From: Thalia democratica
Lineage: Eukaryota
Direction: 5' to 3'
DNA length: 64,000 bases
Assembly (NCBI GenBank): GCA_965202585.1
Contig: OZ241828.1
Location: forward strand, 59,520,001-59,584,000
Each line of letters opens with the position of its first letter. The first letter of the stretch is position 1. Under the pieces are notes generated by a model. It saw nothing but the letters and a program-made list of their open reading frames with translations. It did no database searches and was not told the DNA's origin. A program made the position numbers and the translations under genes. This document shows positions 12,509 to 25,276 of the stretch, piece after piece.

Positions 12509-14694
12509 ATGGACAAATATAATTCTGACGGTATGAACTGTTTTAACAAACAACCACAACAATTTCGGCATCAGGACAATCAAGCTGACACTCCAGCGAC
12601 ATCAAGTGGCCAGTTTCAACCGCCACTCATGAAAGTACCGATGATGGTAAATGGAAGTGAGCAGGTGATTCAGCAAACTCATAAAATGACGACAAATAAT
12701 AAGAAATACATAAGAAATGACGCTGGCGTCAACTTTGCAACGGATGCTGTTAGTTTTAGTTAAATTTAGCACAATTGAAAATAAAACAAGAAAGTCAAAA
12801 CTAAACAGCTAGTTATTACTACTCAAAACAAATACTTAGACTTTTTTATTTTTTTATCTTTTCTAATAGCATTAGTGATCTATATCATTGTTTTACTTTA
12901 GTCATAAATAAAATGTTGTGTAAAATTCGTTTGAAAAAAAATTAAACTAACAAAAAAGTTTTTAAATAATAATTTCGGAAGTCACAGTTCTTATTGAAAC
13001 CATGGTAATAAATAACAGNNNNNNNNNNNNNNNNNNNNNNNNNNNNNNNNNNNNNNNNNNNNNNNNNNNNNNNNNNNNNNNNNNNNNNNNNNNNNNNNNN
13101 NNNNNNNNNNNNNNNNNNNNNNNNNNNNNNNNNNNNNNNNNNNNNNNNNNNNNNNNNNNNNNNNNNNNNNNNNNNNNNNNNNNNNNNNNNNNNNNNNNNN
13201 NNNNNNNNNNNNNNNNNNNNNNNNNNNNNNNNNNNNNNNNNNNNNNNNNNNNNNNNNNNNNNNNNNNNNNNNNNNNNNNNNNNNNNNNNNNNNNNNNNNN
13301 NNNNNNNNNNNNNNNNNNNNNNNNNNNNNNNNNNNNNNNNNNNNNNNNNNNNNNNNNNNNNNNNNNNNNNNNNNNNNNNNNNNNNNNNNNNNNNNNNNNN
13401 NNNNNNNNNNNNNNNNNNNNNNNNNNNNNNNNNNNNNNNNNNNNNNNNNNNNNNNNNNNNNNNNNNNNNNNNNNNNNNNNNNNNNNNNNNNNNNNNNNNN
13501 NNNNNNNNNNNNNNNNNNNNNNNNNNNNNNNNNNNNNNNNNNNNNNNNNNNNNNNNNNNNNNNNNNNNNNNNNNNNNNNNNNNNNNTAGAAGAATTTGTA
13601 ATTTATTGTTTTAATACTATAATAGTACTTTCGTTTTTACAGTTACTAAATATTAAACATATTAAGTTGTCTAGTTAGTATACTATCTTAAAGTATTTCT
13701 AAATATCGTAGTTTTAATAAACAAACCGTATTAATATCGCTAAATTTTTTTTTAGTTTGTTGTTAAGAAATATATATTTTATTAGATTGACTTGGTATGG
13801 ATTAAAATTTATTTTATTGATCAATTAAAATTTAATTAAAATAGGAAAATTACTGTTCTATCAAAAAAAATTTTACACTAATCAATAGCAGCAAGAGTGA
13901 CAGTCAGCAGCAAACGAACAAAGAGACTAATAAAATGCCAGAACCTATAAATCCAGAAGAAGAGTTCTGCATTGTCATGGGTAGACTTGGCTTACTGAAC
14001 TCAACAAAGAAGTACGCACGAACAAATGCTGAAGTAGATAGGAGACTGGATTATCCTGAGCGTCTTAATGCTTCAAAGCTTAGGGGTTATTTAAGAAGGT
14101 TTTTATTTATTTTTCTTATGAATAGAAAGTAGAAAGTTTTTTTTATAGAACAGTGTAAGAAAGTAATTTTAAAATTTTTAAAAACTTGTACGACTTTATT
14201 TGAAGTACTTAAAAATTCAAATAAACGTACACAAGTTACATTTAGCTTTAACGAACTTGTTAAAACGGTGTCTGACATTCTACTAAAGCAAAGTTTTTTT
14301 TAACATAAATGAACTACCTTTATAGTTTTATAAAATCTATACAAACAATAACAGAGGAAAAACAAAAGAAGGACTAACGTGTCTCCGAAACGAAATAAAT
14401 GATAAAATTGGAGTTGATTTGCGTGTAGGCAATCGAAATGAAAGTAAAGTCACACTGCTTCCATCATTAGTGGAAGGTAAGTGTTTAATGTTTATATATT
14501 TACTTCTTTATTAATAGATCTTTCTGCTATATGAAATAAGTTTTTTGTTTCAATTAAATCTCTAGAAAATATTTGTTAAGGTAAACATGCATTCTTATTC
14601 TACATATGTATATATATATATATATTCACGTGTATATACATATGTAGAAACAGTATTTACCATCACAAATATTTTCTAGAGATCTAATTGAAAC

Positions 14695-14744
<50 letters not shown>

Positions 14745-15575
14745 CTTATTTATTTATTCATTTAATTATATAAAAACTATAATTCAAACAGCTGTTTCAC
14801 ACATTGAAATGTTAAATTTCATGTGATCTTCAGTGAGTTGTAGTTTATTATAATAGTGAACAGAAATTTCGATTTTAGAATTTTTTATAGTAATTATGAC
14901 GTAGTAATGGTACAGTTTATTGTACGATTAGTTGAATTTGAAATACGCTGTAAATGTTATTCTATGCTTTTTAGGAAAGTTTAAAAAGGTTATTTTGGAA
15001 AAATGTTTTAAGCTATTAGAAAAATTTTTTAGGCTGTTGGGAAAAATGTTATAAAATGCTATAAAATACTCGTGTTTGCCGCTTCGATTTTATTTTGTTT
15101 TAATATTTAGTTGGTTTTAATTTTGTTAAAAAAGTATTTTTGATAATGGATGCATATGTTTTGTCTTTCGCTTTTCTTGTTTAGTGTTACGTTCTTATCT
15201 GATTTTTCGATTTCTATTTTTTCTAAGTTACAAAGTTTGCAGCCGAATTTAGTATTGAATTTTAATTTTGTCCTGTTTAATATTTCCCATTTAATTTTGT
15301 AGTCTGTATTGTTATCTTTTAAGTTCCATATGTAATTCGCTAGTTCTGTTGTGTGTCTTTTGTTAATATTGTTGAATGATGATTTGTGGTTTCTGTATCT
15401 TTGTTTAAAGGTATTTCCTGTCGACCCTTTATACTGCTTTGTTGTTTTATTTTATTTAATATTTATTTTATATTTATTTATTGTTGTATTTATTTTATAT
15501 AATTAAATAAATAAATATTAAGCTCCAATTTGATTTGTCGAGCACTATCGATCAGAACTTTGTATAAAACCTTTA

Positions 15576-15613
<38 letters not shown>

Positions 15614-17328
15614 ATACAAATATATTAATATACATATGTATGTATGTTAATCGCACAACTCAAATGAAAAGATATTAAACTTAGATATAAATAAAAGTTT
15701 ATACTATATAATATATTTCTTAATTTAAGTTTAACATGTCGTTTTAAGTACACATTTTTTTATTTCATATTATCTTGTTGGTTGGTACGTTTAATTGCAT
15801 TAAAATAAAATAATTAAAATCAGTATATACTTTATATTATTAACTAAAAACTAAACTAGACTGTTTATTCTAACTCTTTTATTTGACAACTATCAGTAAA
15901 GTAAATGATCGAAATTGTTCATCAAATTTGTATTTGCTTACAAAACATGTTTTCAGAAACATATAAGTTTGAAGAACCGTATACCAGAAAAATTTTGTAA
16001 GCCTAATACTCTAATACATAATTTTTTTAGTTATAAATATCACTTGACAACAAAACACTAACCAAATAGTTTCTTTGATTTTTGCTCATAACGGCTTACT
16101 TATAGGAGAAGCAGTTGACCTTGCGAAAGATTTCGGTTCTATTTGTGAGAAAAAGTTTCCTGCGGAAGTTCTGGCTGAATTTGTATGTGAGAATCATTCT
16201 GATCCTCATACGGTAGACACGAGAAAAAATAAGATAATTGCTACTAAGTTTGTAGCTTAAGTCTATTCTAAAGTTCTTTAAATATGTTAAAATCAATAAA
16301 AAATTTCCATAAGTTTTTTACAATAGTTTTTTTAATCTTCTGTTACAGTTATTCTATTTAATATTTTTTTAAATGGCAGAACTTTCCGTATGATTGTGTT
16401 TTGATAAATTTTTTTATCTAACTTTAAATTTTCAATGGAAATCTTTTTACACCAAAACAAAATTTAAGAGATACAAAGCATAAATGTATTTTTAACCTTA
16501 AAGTTTTCACCAAAGGCTAATAAAACTTATTTTTTAAATAGTTGTTTTAACTATAAATCATATGTGTTATTTTTAGAATAATTAAAAATAACTATAAGAA
16601 ACAGAAAAAAAGGATGTACATACTTTAACTTTTTTTTTTGGTTTTAAATGTTTTAATGTCAAAATTTTTTTTAATTTTTATATATTTTTTTCAAAACAGT
16701 TGTTATACTGTATGAACAGAATCGTTTGCATAAAAAAAGTAGTTTTTATTACTTAAAATAGTAAATTTTCTACAACCATTTACTTTTGATCATAGGCAAA
16801 TAGTGAAAGAATTACAAGACTTACTAGCGCAGGATAGATCACCAGTGATGAACAGTGCACCAACACCAATATTAGAAAAAAAAGTTCAAAAGTCTTCAAA
16901 CTTTAGTTCAATAACACATGGTTTTGGTAACCCTGCTTTCAGAAACACCCTGAATGCTTTACAGGTAGTTTGATAAATAATTTCTTTTTTTATACAATAG
17001 TTTCTAAATTTTATAAATATTTTTGTAAAACAGACTATCAGTAAATTATTGTAAAGCAGTAGTATAACATTTTTAATAAAACTACTAATCTGGTTAATTT
17101 TTTTAAACTTACAGTTGAAAATTAAATATTTTTAGATAAGTGAAATGTTAATCAGTCTTTTAAAAATTTATTTAAAAACTACTTATACTATTTTAGGTTT
17201 CTAATTTTAAAGTGTTTTAACATAGAACTGAAAATTTAAGTATATTTCAGATGTACCTAGATGATCTGCTTAAGTTTCAAGCAAAACAAAGTATCAAATC
17301 GCAGCATGACAATTTACCCAAACATTAG
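12509..17328 (+). CDS. TFAP2: AP-2 (TFAP2)-family transcription factor, divergent; exons 12509-12748, [probable exon in gap], 13889-14098, 14355-14476, 16106-16247, 16796-16964, 17251-17328
   Basis: Spliced translation gives [21 protein letters not shown]...[19 protein letters not shown]...[35 protein letters not shown]...[25 protein letters not shown]...PILE...ITHGFGNPA...ALQ. This is collinear with the basic and helix-span-helix region of vertebrate TFAP2. Junctions are GT-AG and in phase. Assignment of the first exon (12509-12748) is less certain. Confidence 0.9.
13019..13586. other. Assembly gap (568 N)
   Basis: Run of N. Confidence 1.
14547..14694. repeat. Foldback (palindromic) element of about 148 bp, followed by a (TA)n microsatellite
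   Basis: GTTTCAATTAAATCTCTAGAAAATATTTGT ... ACAAATATTTTCTAGAGATCTAATTGAAAC. Inner arms TCTACATATGTATA/TATACATATGTAGA. (TA)n runs to about 14741. Confidence 0.85.
14781..14840 (-). ncRNA. Minimal type I hammerhead ribozyme of Penelope-like-element type
   Basis: Minus strand reads AACTCA-CTGAAGA-TCACAT(GAAAT TTAAC ATTTC A)ATGTGT-GAAA-C AGCT G-TT-TGAATT. The CUGANGA and GAAA cores are intact. Stem II is present, loop III is palindromic (AGCT), the triplet is GUU and stem I pairs 5/6. It lies about 270 nt 3' of a PLE endonuclease ORF on the same strand. Confidence 0.8.
15107..15448 (-). mobile_element. Penelope-like retroelement 3' fragment (GIY-YIG endonuclease C-terminal part), 5'-truncated
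   Basis: Open 113-aa frame with no ATG, so it is absent from the ORF track: [22 protein letters not shown]...[11 protein letters not shown]...IKWEIL...CKLCNLEK...[13 protein letters not shown]. This matches the PLE pattern Y-x-G-x-T...FK-x-R...H...W...C-x-LC-x-x-EK...LNKRSE...C-x-H. Confidence 0.9.
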
Positions 17329-18688
17329 CGATCCACTGCAATCTCATAGCAGTTTAGATATGATAGCAAGATACTAAACCATTCAATAACGGATTTACAA
17401 AACGACACATTAAACTGACACTTAAATATTTACATTCCTGCTCTAACTACTTGAAAATATTACTTTTTTATATTAACTAAGCTGAGGATTTTAAATGATA
17501 AACTAATAGTTTGTCTATTTTCTTTTTAAAAGTAGTTTTAGACCCACAGTGATACAATTTTTTTTGGGTTCTATTCTACACTTAATAAAATGTCAGTACA
17601 CATTTACAAATTTTGCTTGGTTTATTAAATAAAAATAAAATTTATTTCTAGCTTTTTCATTCATTAAGTACTTATAAAAATTGTTAATGATTTTTAATTA
17701 TAGATTTTCAGTTTAGATACTTATATAAACTATTTAAATAAAAAAAATTCTGCAAGACTATTACTATGTTAGATTGCCTTTAATCTCAATTTTAGTTTGA
17801 AAACTAACATATATTCTTGAATATTTTAACTTAAACATTTTTTTGATGATTCAGTTTTATTTCTTTAAAATAGTAAAAAAAAAATTAAATAGTTTTTGAG
17901 ACTTTACAACCTTAATAAAGATAAATAACAAATTCGTAACTAAAATATCTTTCGAATACAATGTTATTTATTCGGAAATAGTTCTAAATCCAAGGTAATA
18001 TTTTTATCAAAGGTTAAACTAGGGTTGTATCATTTAACCTAGGTACTACAACACATCAAAAACATTTTTTTTTTTAATTATTTAACGACGGTAAATTTTT
18101 GTTTTATGGCTTAAGCTTGTGTTTTTTTGAAGTCTTGTAACTTTTTTTTTTAATTGTGAAATTTTTCTGAATATTTAGTAACAAAGGGTATTACAATTAT
18201 ATAGAATTATATTTTTGTTAATTAAAAGTGGATTATTAAAGAGGCAGTTAACTTACATGCGCTGTAAAACGCTCGCATTTTTCAGAAAAATTTAATCGTT
18301 GCAAAGAAAGAGTGAAAAACTGATGTTTTATTATAAAACAAAGGTTTTTGAGTCAATAAGAACGTTAAATACACAAGTTGTAAGAGTATCATTTTATGTG
18401 TTTTTACACTCTTTGACACAAAAAAGCGTTTTATATCTTCAATTAAAACTAAAAAACATACTTAAGTTTAGATTATCATTACAAAAATATTAAGTTAAAG
18501 TTTTAGTAATAAAAAAGTACTAAAAAAATTAAAAACAAGATTTTGATAACAAAATAATTGATAGAAACAACATCGTTTTAGCCCAAACATTTTTGTTTTT
18601 AGTAAAAAGCATATAGTCAGTTTTTTGTAAAACCAAAAAGCTGTGTACCAATAAATATCTGAAAAAAAATAGTTAATATAGTCTAAGT

Positions 18689-18955
18689 TAGGGTTACCCA
18701 AACTTTTTTTATATGGGCCCCTTTAAGAAAATCAAAAAACTATGGCCCCTTTCAACAAGATTACTTAAAACACAACCATTAAAAACACCTAAGTGCGTTT
18801 TTTTTTTTTTGCAATTCACCAACAACTCCAGAATATCTAGTGTAAGTTTCAACTTTTGACCTCATGGCTCCCTTGTGGCTCCTATACTGCTTATGGCCCC
18901 TGAGTATCTGTTATGGCTCCCAAAGGGGCCACTTAGCCCACTTTGGTAAACTCTG
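18689..18955. mobile_element. hAT-type MITE
   Basis: Imperfect TIRs TAGGGTTACCCAAA / TTTGGTAAACTCTG. Internal GGCCCC/GGCTCC repeats. Homologous in reverse to 54236-54471. Confidence 0.7.
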
Positions 18956-20416
18956 GTTTGTATTAATAGTGTTTTTGTGTGTCTGGTTTTACAAAACTAA
19001 AGCTAAACTTTATTTAAATTGCGATCACTCGTAGTTTTAACTCTTTATGCGTAAAGTCTTATTACTTTTGATATTATTTTAATGTTAGTTTTAAAGTTGT
19101 TTTGTTGAACAATTTTTTTTATCTTAACTAAGCATTACTTAGATTGTATGTTAATAAAGTTAAAAGAATTAATTTGAATATATGTTTACAAATTTAGATA
19201 GAAACAAAACAATATGAAATACTAGGCAGTCTACTTTAAACTATTGAAGTTCCAATGAAAAGAAAGTAGTGAATATTTGAAAGTCTTAGTATCGATAGGT
19301 TTATTTAACAAAAGTTAGAATTGTATGAAAATTTTTCTACCAAGAGCTCAAGGACAGCCTCAAAAGGCTAATTGGAAAGTTTTTTTTTATTTGTGCAGTA
19401 TAATGATGTTTAATACTGTAATAAATTGTTTATGACGTCACGAATTTTCGTGTTACGTCACGAGGAAGTTACAGTAGGCAGCTTTGATGATAAAAAAATT
19501 GAAAAAAAAATTAAGAATTAATAGAATGAAATTAAAATAACACGTTTGTTTTCATATGTTATCATAAAGTTTACGCGTGTTAAAAACTTTCAAAGAACAA
19601 AATAATAACTATACTTGATTTAAATAAAACTTGTTTTTAATCATTTATGAATAAATATTATTTTGGATAAAACTAAAAATAATTAAATTACAACTAAGAT
19701 TTTCGAAATACTTTTCAAAGTTTTTACTAAAAATGTAGTTGAATTAAATTTTCTAACAACACATAACTAGTTTTTATATGAAATTACACACTAACAATAA
19801 ATACAAATAAAAATATATATAAAGTTCAGTTTTATTTGAATAAAGTGCTTGTATTTATCTGTCAGCAAGCATTATACAAAACAGATGTGTTTAGGTTATA
19901 ATTTTACAAATGTTATAATCGAACATTGTTTTGTTTTCAGTTTTAATTAAATAAACACAGCGTTTATAAAAATTAAAAAAAATCTTAATCTTATAAACAT
20001 AAAATAGTAAGTTAATGTTCAATAAATAAAACAATAAAACAAACTGTTACAAAGAAGTAAAGCTTTGAATCAAATATTTATTATTTTTTTGATGTATTGT
20101 AAGTAGTAACAGATATAGCTTAAAGCATTTTATAAAACTTAAAAAACTAAATCATAATGTTATTTTAACTATAATATTTTTATGCAGTATCAAGCTTACT
20201 GCTCAAACTCAAGTTATTTCTAATGTTGCAACAATTAAATTCATTAAAAAATGGTTAAAACTAAAACGATTAGTTTACTAAAACTAAAAAAAAAATTTTT
20301 TTTAAATAAATAATCAGTAAAATTTGTATATTGTTATTGTAAATATAGTAAAATTATGAGGTTTAAACATTTTACATGTATGAATTTATTTTGTTTTAAA
20401 TATTTTGTGTTCAAAC

Positions 20417-21542
20417 TAGTGATGTACCGGACTCGTTATCCAGGTCCGGATCCGGCCGGATATTGCCATTTTTGTCTGATATCCGGATCCGGCTGGATCT
20501 AAATATGAAAAAAAAAGTCCGGATCCGGTTCCGGCCGGATCCTAATTTGAAAAAAAAAAACCGAATCCGGTTCCGGCCGGATTATAATTAAAAAAAAAAG
20601 TCCGAATCCGGTTCCGGCCGGATTCTGATTTGAAAAAAAAAAGTCTGGATCCGGGTCAGGCCGAATCCTAATTTGAAAAAAAAGTCCGGATCCGGTTCCG
20701 GCCGGATCCTAACAGAGATCCGGTCGATTCGAATCTAGTTAGTAAAAAAGAGCATACAGTAAAGTATTTTTTCAAAAACAAACCCTTTGTAAATTAAAAA
20801 GAGTCATTTTCATCAGTTGAATTTAAACACCTACCATGATTGGCTCATTTTGAACACGTGACTAATTTACATTTGTTTACATATAAACTATGAAATAAAC
20901 ATTTTAGAAATGCAACTCTTTACCTATGTTGTAAAATTAAAAACTTTACTACTAAATTGTAAGGCTAGTTTTAAGATTTTTTGAAAAACTCAGGCTAGAT
21001 CTATATAGGCATAGGTAAAGAGCTTTTAGATTTTGAATGAGTTTAAGCTGATCCGATTTTCAATATTTTGTGATTTTCTAGTTAATTTTGTTCAAGAACT
21101 TGATTTTAATTGATTTTAGATTGGTAAGGCTATAGGGGGGGTCCTCCTTGATTTTCACAAGTTGATCTTATTTAATAAATTTTAATCTTAGCTACCAGAT
21201 ATTGTTTCTGTTATGTACTTTATATTTCTATCAATTTTCTTTATACTAAATATAAAGTTATTCATAGTTTTATTTTAGCTTTTATAGAAATGAAATTTTG
21301 AAACTACAAATGTAAGCACTACTTTTTAAGTGAAAACTAGTGATGTACCGGACTCACTATCCGGATCCAAATCCGGCCGGATATTGCCATTTTTGTCTGA
21401 TACCCGGATCCGGCAGGATATTGCCATTTTTGTCTGATATCCGGTTCCGGCCGGATTCTAGTTTAAAAAAAAATTCCGGATCTGGTTCTGGCCGGATTCT
21501 AATTTATAAAAAAAGTCCGTATCCGGGTCCGGTACATCACTA
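20417..21542. mobile_element. Non-autonomous hAT element, 1126 bp, with CCGGAT-rich subterminal repeats and an internal second left end at 21338
   Basis: TIRs TAGTGATGTACCGGA ... TCCGGTACATCACTA. Perfect 8-bp TSD GTTCAAAC at 20409-20416 and 21543-21550. About 40-bp subterminal repeats at 20500-20710. Confidence 0.88.
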
Positions 21543-24500
21543 GTTCAAACTCAGTTTAAATAAAAACAATATAGTTTCTTTATAGTATAAAAATTCCTTT
21601 AGTTGCATTTTTTTATTAAAAGTTTTATCAATTGCATTTAGATGATTGTACTTAATGTTACTTTTCTTTTTGTGAAAAAAAAAGAATACTTTACAAAACA
21701 AATTGTTTTTAACTACTGTTATGAAATAAATTAAGACACTAACATAAAAAAAAATAAGTTTTAAATCGCTTATTTTAACAAGTATTACACTTGTTTCAAA
21801 TTTGTATTCTCAGCAAAAAATTCAGAACACCCAACAAAATGTTCAATTATTTTATTAAAATGTTTTTTTTAAACTTATATATTTTAATGATGTTTGAGTT
21901 TGTGACAATTCATTTATGGCGTCACGAATTTTTGTATAACGTCACGAGGACATTAAAATAAGCATTTTTTTTTAACTTAAATCTATATTAAATAAAAAAT
22001 TTAATCTTTTTTAAGTCATTTAATAAATTGTATTTAAAATAGATGTGTAATCTTATTTAAGCATATTAATAAAATGTGTTTTAATATTTAATACAAATAT
22101 ATTAAACTTTATTTCCAATTTAATTTTATTTAATATAATATTTGCAAAAAAAAAGGTTTTCATTTGAAGTTCTTTAACATTTACACGAACTGCTTTGACT
22201 TACATGTTAGCAAATATTTTAATTAAATTAATTAAGCTTATAATTTATGAATTTTAAAAACATTTTTTAGTTTTAGTTTTAATCAGATAACTACTGTATC
22301 TATGACTTACATTACAACAGACAATAATTAAGGTTTTATAAGTATAAGGTAGTTATGTCAAACTTAATAATTGATGAAACATATTAATATAAAAAATAAA
22401 ATCGTAATTAATTTTTATATGATATTTGTTTACGAATTGTTACTGGTGATATATATAGATATTTAAGCATTATTTTACAGTTTCAAAAACTTAACAAGTT
22501 TAAAACTTTATGTTAATTTTAACCAGTATTTAAGTAGCAAAGTAATCAAACTGTAAGAATTTATGGAACACTAATGTATAAATTTCTATCAACATAGCAA
22601 AATCAACAAAATTAAACAAATCTTATTTTGACAAAATGAAGTTTTATTTGATTGAAATTATTATTTACATATTAAACTTTCTTTAAATTTTTGCATTAAA
22701 CTTTATTTTTATCTAATCTACTATTGTGTTGTATATCTCTAATAAAAGTTAGTTAAAGTGTATTAGAATTGAATTGATCAAACACTTTATTATAAATACA
22801 TTTATGATATAATACATAATATTTTATATATTTGTATATATATATATATACATAAACATTAAATTTATAAAATTTTGTACAACAATACAAACTTAAGCTT
22901 AAAATAATCAAATTTATGCTTATACAAAAATATATTTTTACTATTTCAACGATGTACAGTTCATGCTATGGAACCGTTGTTCTATAAAGTAATAAAAACT
23001 TAACTACCGATATGTGTAACAATAAAACATTGAAATAAAACTATAATGATTTATTCAACACACTTTTATTTACAGAACTAATGAAAACATTTGGCAATAA
23101 AGTGCAAGTACTACTTTAAACGGTACATCTTATGTATAAAGTTATTTTAAAATGTAGATATTCTGCAAGTTTAAAGTTTGTATAAAGTATCATTATAAGT
23201 TAATTATTTTGTAATTAATAACTAGTTTGTAATTGTATAAAGTAGTTATCTTTATGATTGGTGGTCATTTTTTGAAGCATTGTAATATTATTCAGATTGT
23301 TTATTTTTTAAATACAACTTATTTCTGTGAAAAAGTTCTTACTCTACTTCGTTTTACAGAATTTGATAAGTATTTTTATTAAATTATGGTCATGTACATC
23401 ACTAAATAAAAAAAGTACTATAATAGTTTAAATTGGTTAGTTGAGTTTAAAACTCTTTTTAGTGTTTTTTTTTTTATGTTTTAGCAAAGCAGTGCATCCT
23501 TGTAGATGTTGTGATTGAAATTAATAAAATAGAAATAAAAGTAAATATTTTCTCAAATATATTTTAAAACTAGAAAAGTATGTTACTAACATATTAAATA
23601 GATACACTTAACAACTTTACAAACTTCTTGTGACGGAGTTGATAGATTTTTCATAAAAGAAATTTGCTTACCAAACAGATTTATGACCATAGTTTATTAT
23701 TATTGTTTTAATTGGTTTAAACAATGTTTATCTATTTGAACTTTTGTAAGTTTTTAGTTTTTCATACAACACATACCTTATAAAACTTAAATTCCTGAAA
23801 CAAGTTTATCATTTGCATTTTCATATTATGACCAAATAATAAGTTAAAGTCAATTTTTTTACATATACATTTTTTCTAATGCTATGCCAAAATACTTCCA
23901 TATTGTCTAAGTGTTTTTTTTTGTTCAATGTTCTGCATGTTTTTAAATTAACTTTATGTACATGTTAGACATCTAACTATTCAAAATATAGATTTAAGTT
24001 TTTGTTAACAAAAGATCTTAATGAAACAAGTTCATTGGAGTATAAATAAAAACAAATTATGCAGCAATCTTCCTTTATTATATCAACATACAAACATGTT
24101 AACGAATTAACACTTTTTAACTGGGTTTTTAATGGAAAGAATATTTTGTTAGACATTTTAATTTAGGCACAAACTTAAATTTAGTTACAACAGATTTTGA
24201 TGTGAAAAAGTGTCTTTTTAGTTTTTTTTTTGTGTGATTAAAAATAGTTTTTAAATGTACATTGAATTTAAATAAGTTTGTTGAAGACAAAAAAAAAGTA
24301 ATGATTTTCTGAATTTAACAAAACATGTTATACTGTTTTTTCTGAAATTAAAACTATTAAAATACGTTAAAAGTATAAAAACATAACTTTGACTACACTA
24401 AATACTGACTTACTATTACATACTTACTATTACTTTTGAATTACATTACACTTACAAGTTTTAATAAGAGTATTTGTTATAAGTTTTGCTTAATAGCAAC

Positions 24501-25276
24501 TAGTCGTAAACTTTAAAGACCATATTTCACTTATATATGGTACAGTATATTGTTAATGTTATACTTATCAACACTATCTTTTCGTTGCATACTTCAATAT
24601 AGTTTCAATCAAAGTGTGCATGAGTATAATATTTTTCCCAGATTTTTAATATGTAAATTGTTTTTTTTTTGTTGCATACTTTTTATGTATTAAAATGTAA
24701 TCAACTTTTTACGAAAGAAAAATTTAATATTATGACTTTAAATGAAAAGTTAACACATGTAAAGCAGAAAATATTCTGAGTACATTTTGACAAGGTGACA
24801 TGAATTTTGTAAAAATAATCAGAGCTGGCAAACTTAAGGTTTTATAGTTTTTACAAAGATATTTTATAGTTATTTTAGAAAATATTGTAGAAATTTTTAG
24901 CAGTTTCAAATTTTCAGAATGCTTAAAAAAACTATAAAATAAGTCAACCAAAATGCTTTAAAATTTACAAACATAAAATGAGAAGTGAGCAAAAATTAAA
25001 AATTAAATTCTTCTTTTTTAAAGAAATTTAAACTTGAAAGTTACTATATTATTATAAGATTTATTTTACACTTACAGCTTACAGGTTTTTGTTATTTCTA
25101 ATGCAGTAACTGCCAACTGTAAACATTTAAGTTAGACATAGACCTGTATATGGCTTTTACGGTACATTCGTTTAGTTTAAGTTTGCTTATAAAAGTTTAA
25201 AAAATTAGTTTACACATACTTAAATAAAAAATTCAAAAAAAATAATGACATGTTACATATTTGTGCTAGTTAGAAT

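Noticed and set aside
13002-13589. 195-aa ORF
   Set aside because: It consists of the N gap.
20500-20710. Regularly spaced CCGGATCCGG repeats resembling a CRISPR array
   Set aside because: No unique spacers, eukaryotic context and no cas genes. They are subterminal repeats inside a TIR/TSD-bounded hAT element.
21340-21543. 67-aa ORF (and the similar 91-aa ORF at 54043-54318)
   Set aside because: Both coincide with GC-richer MITE sequence and show no protein-like features.
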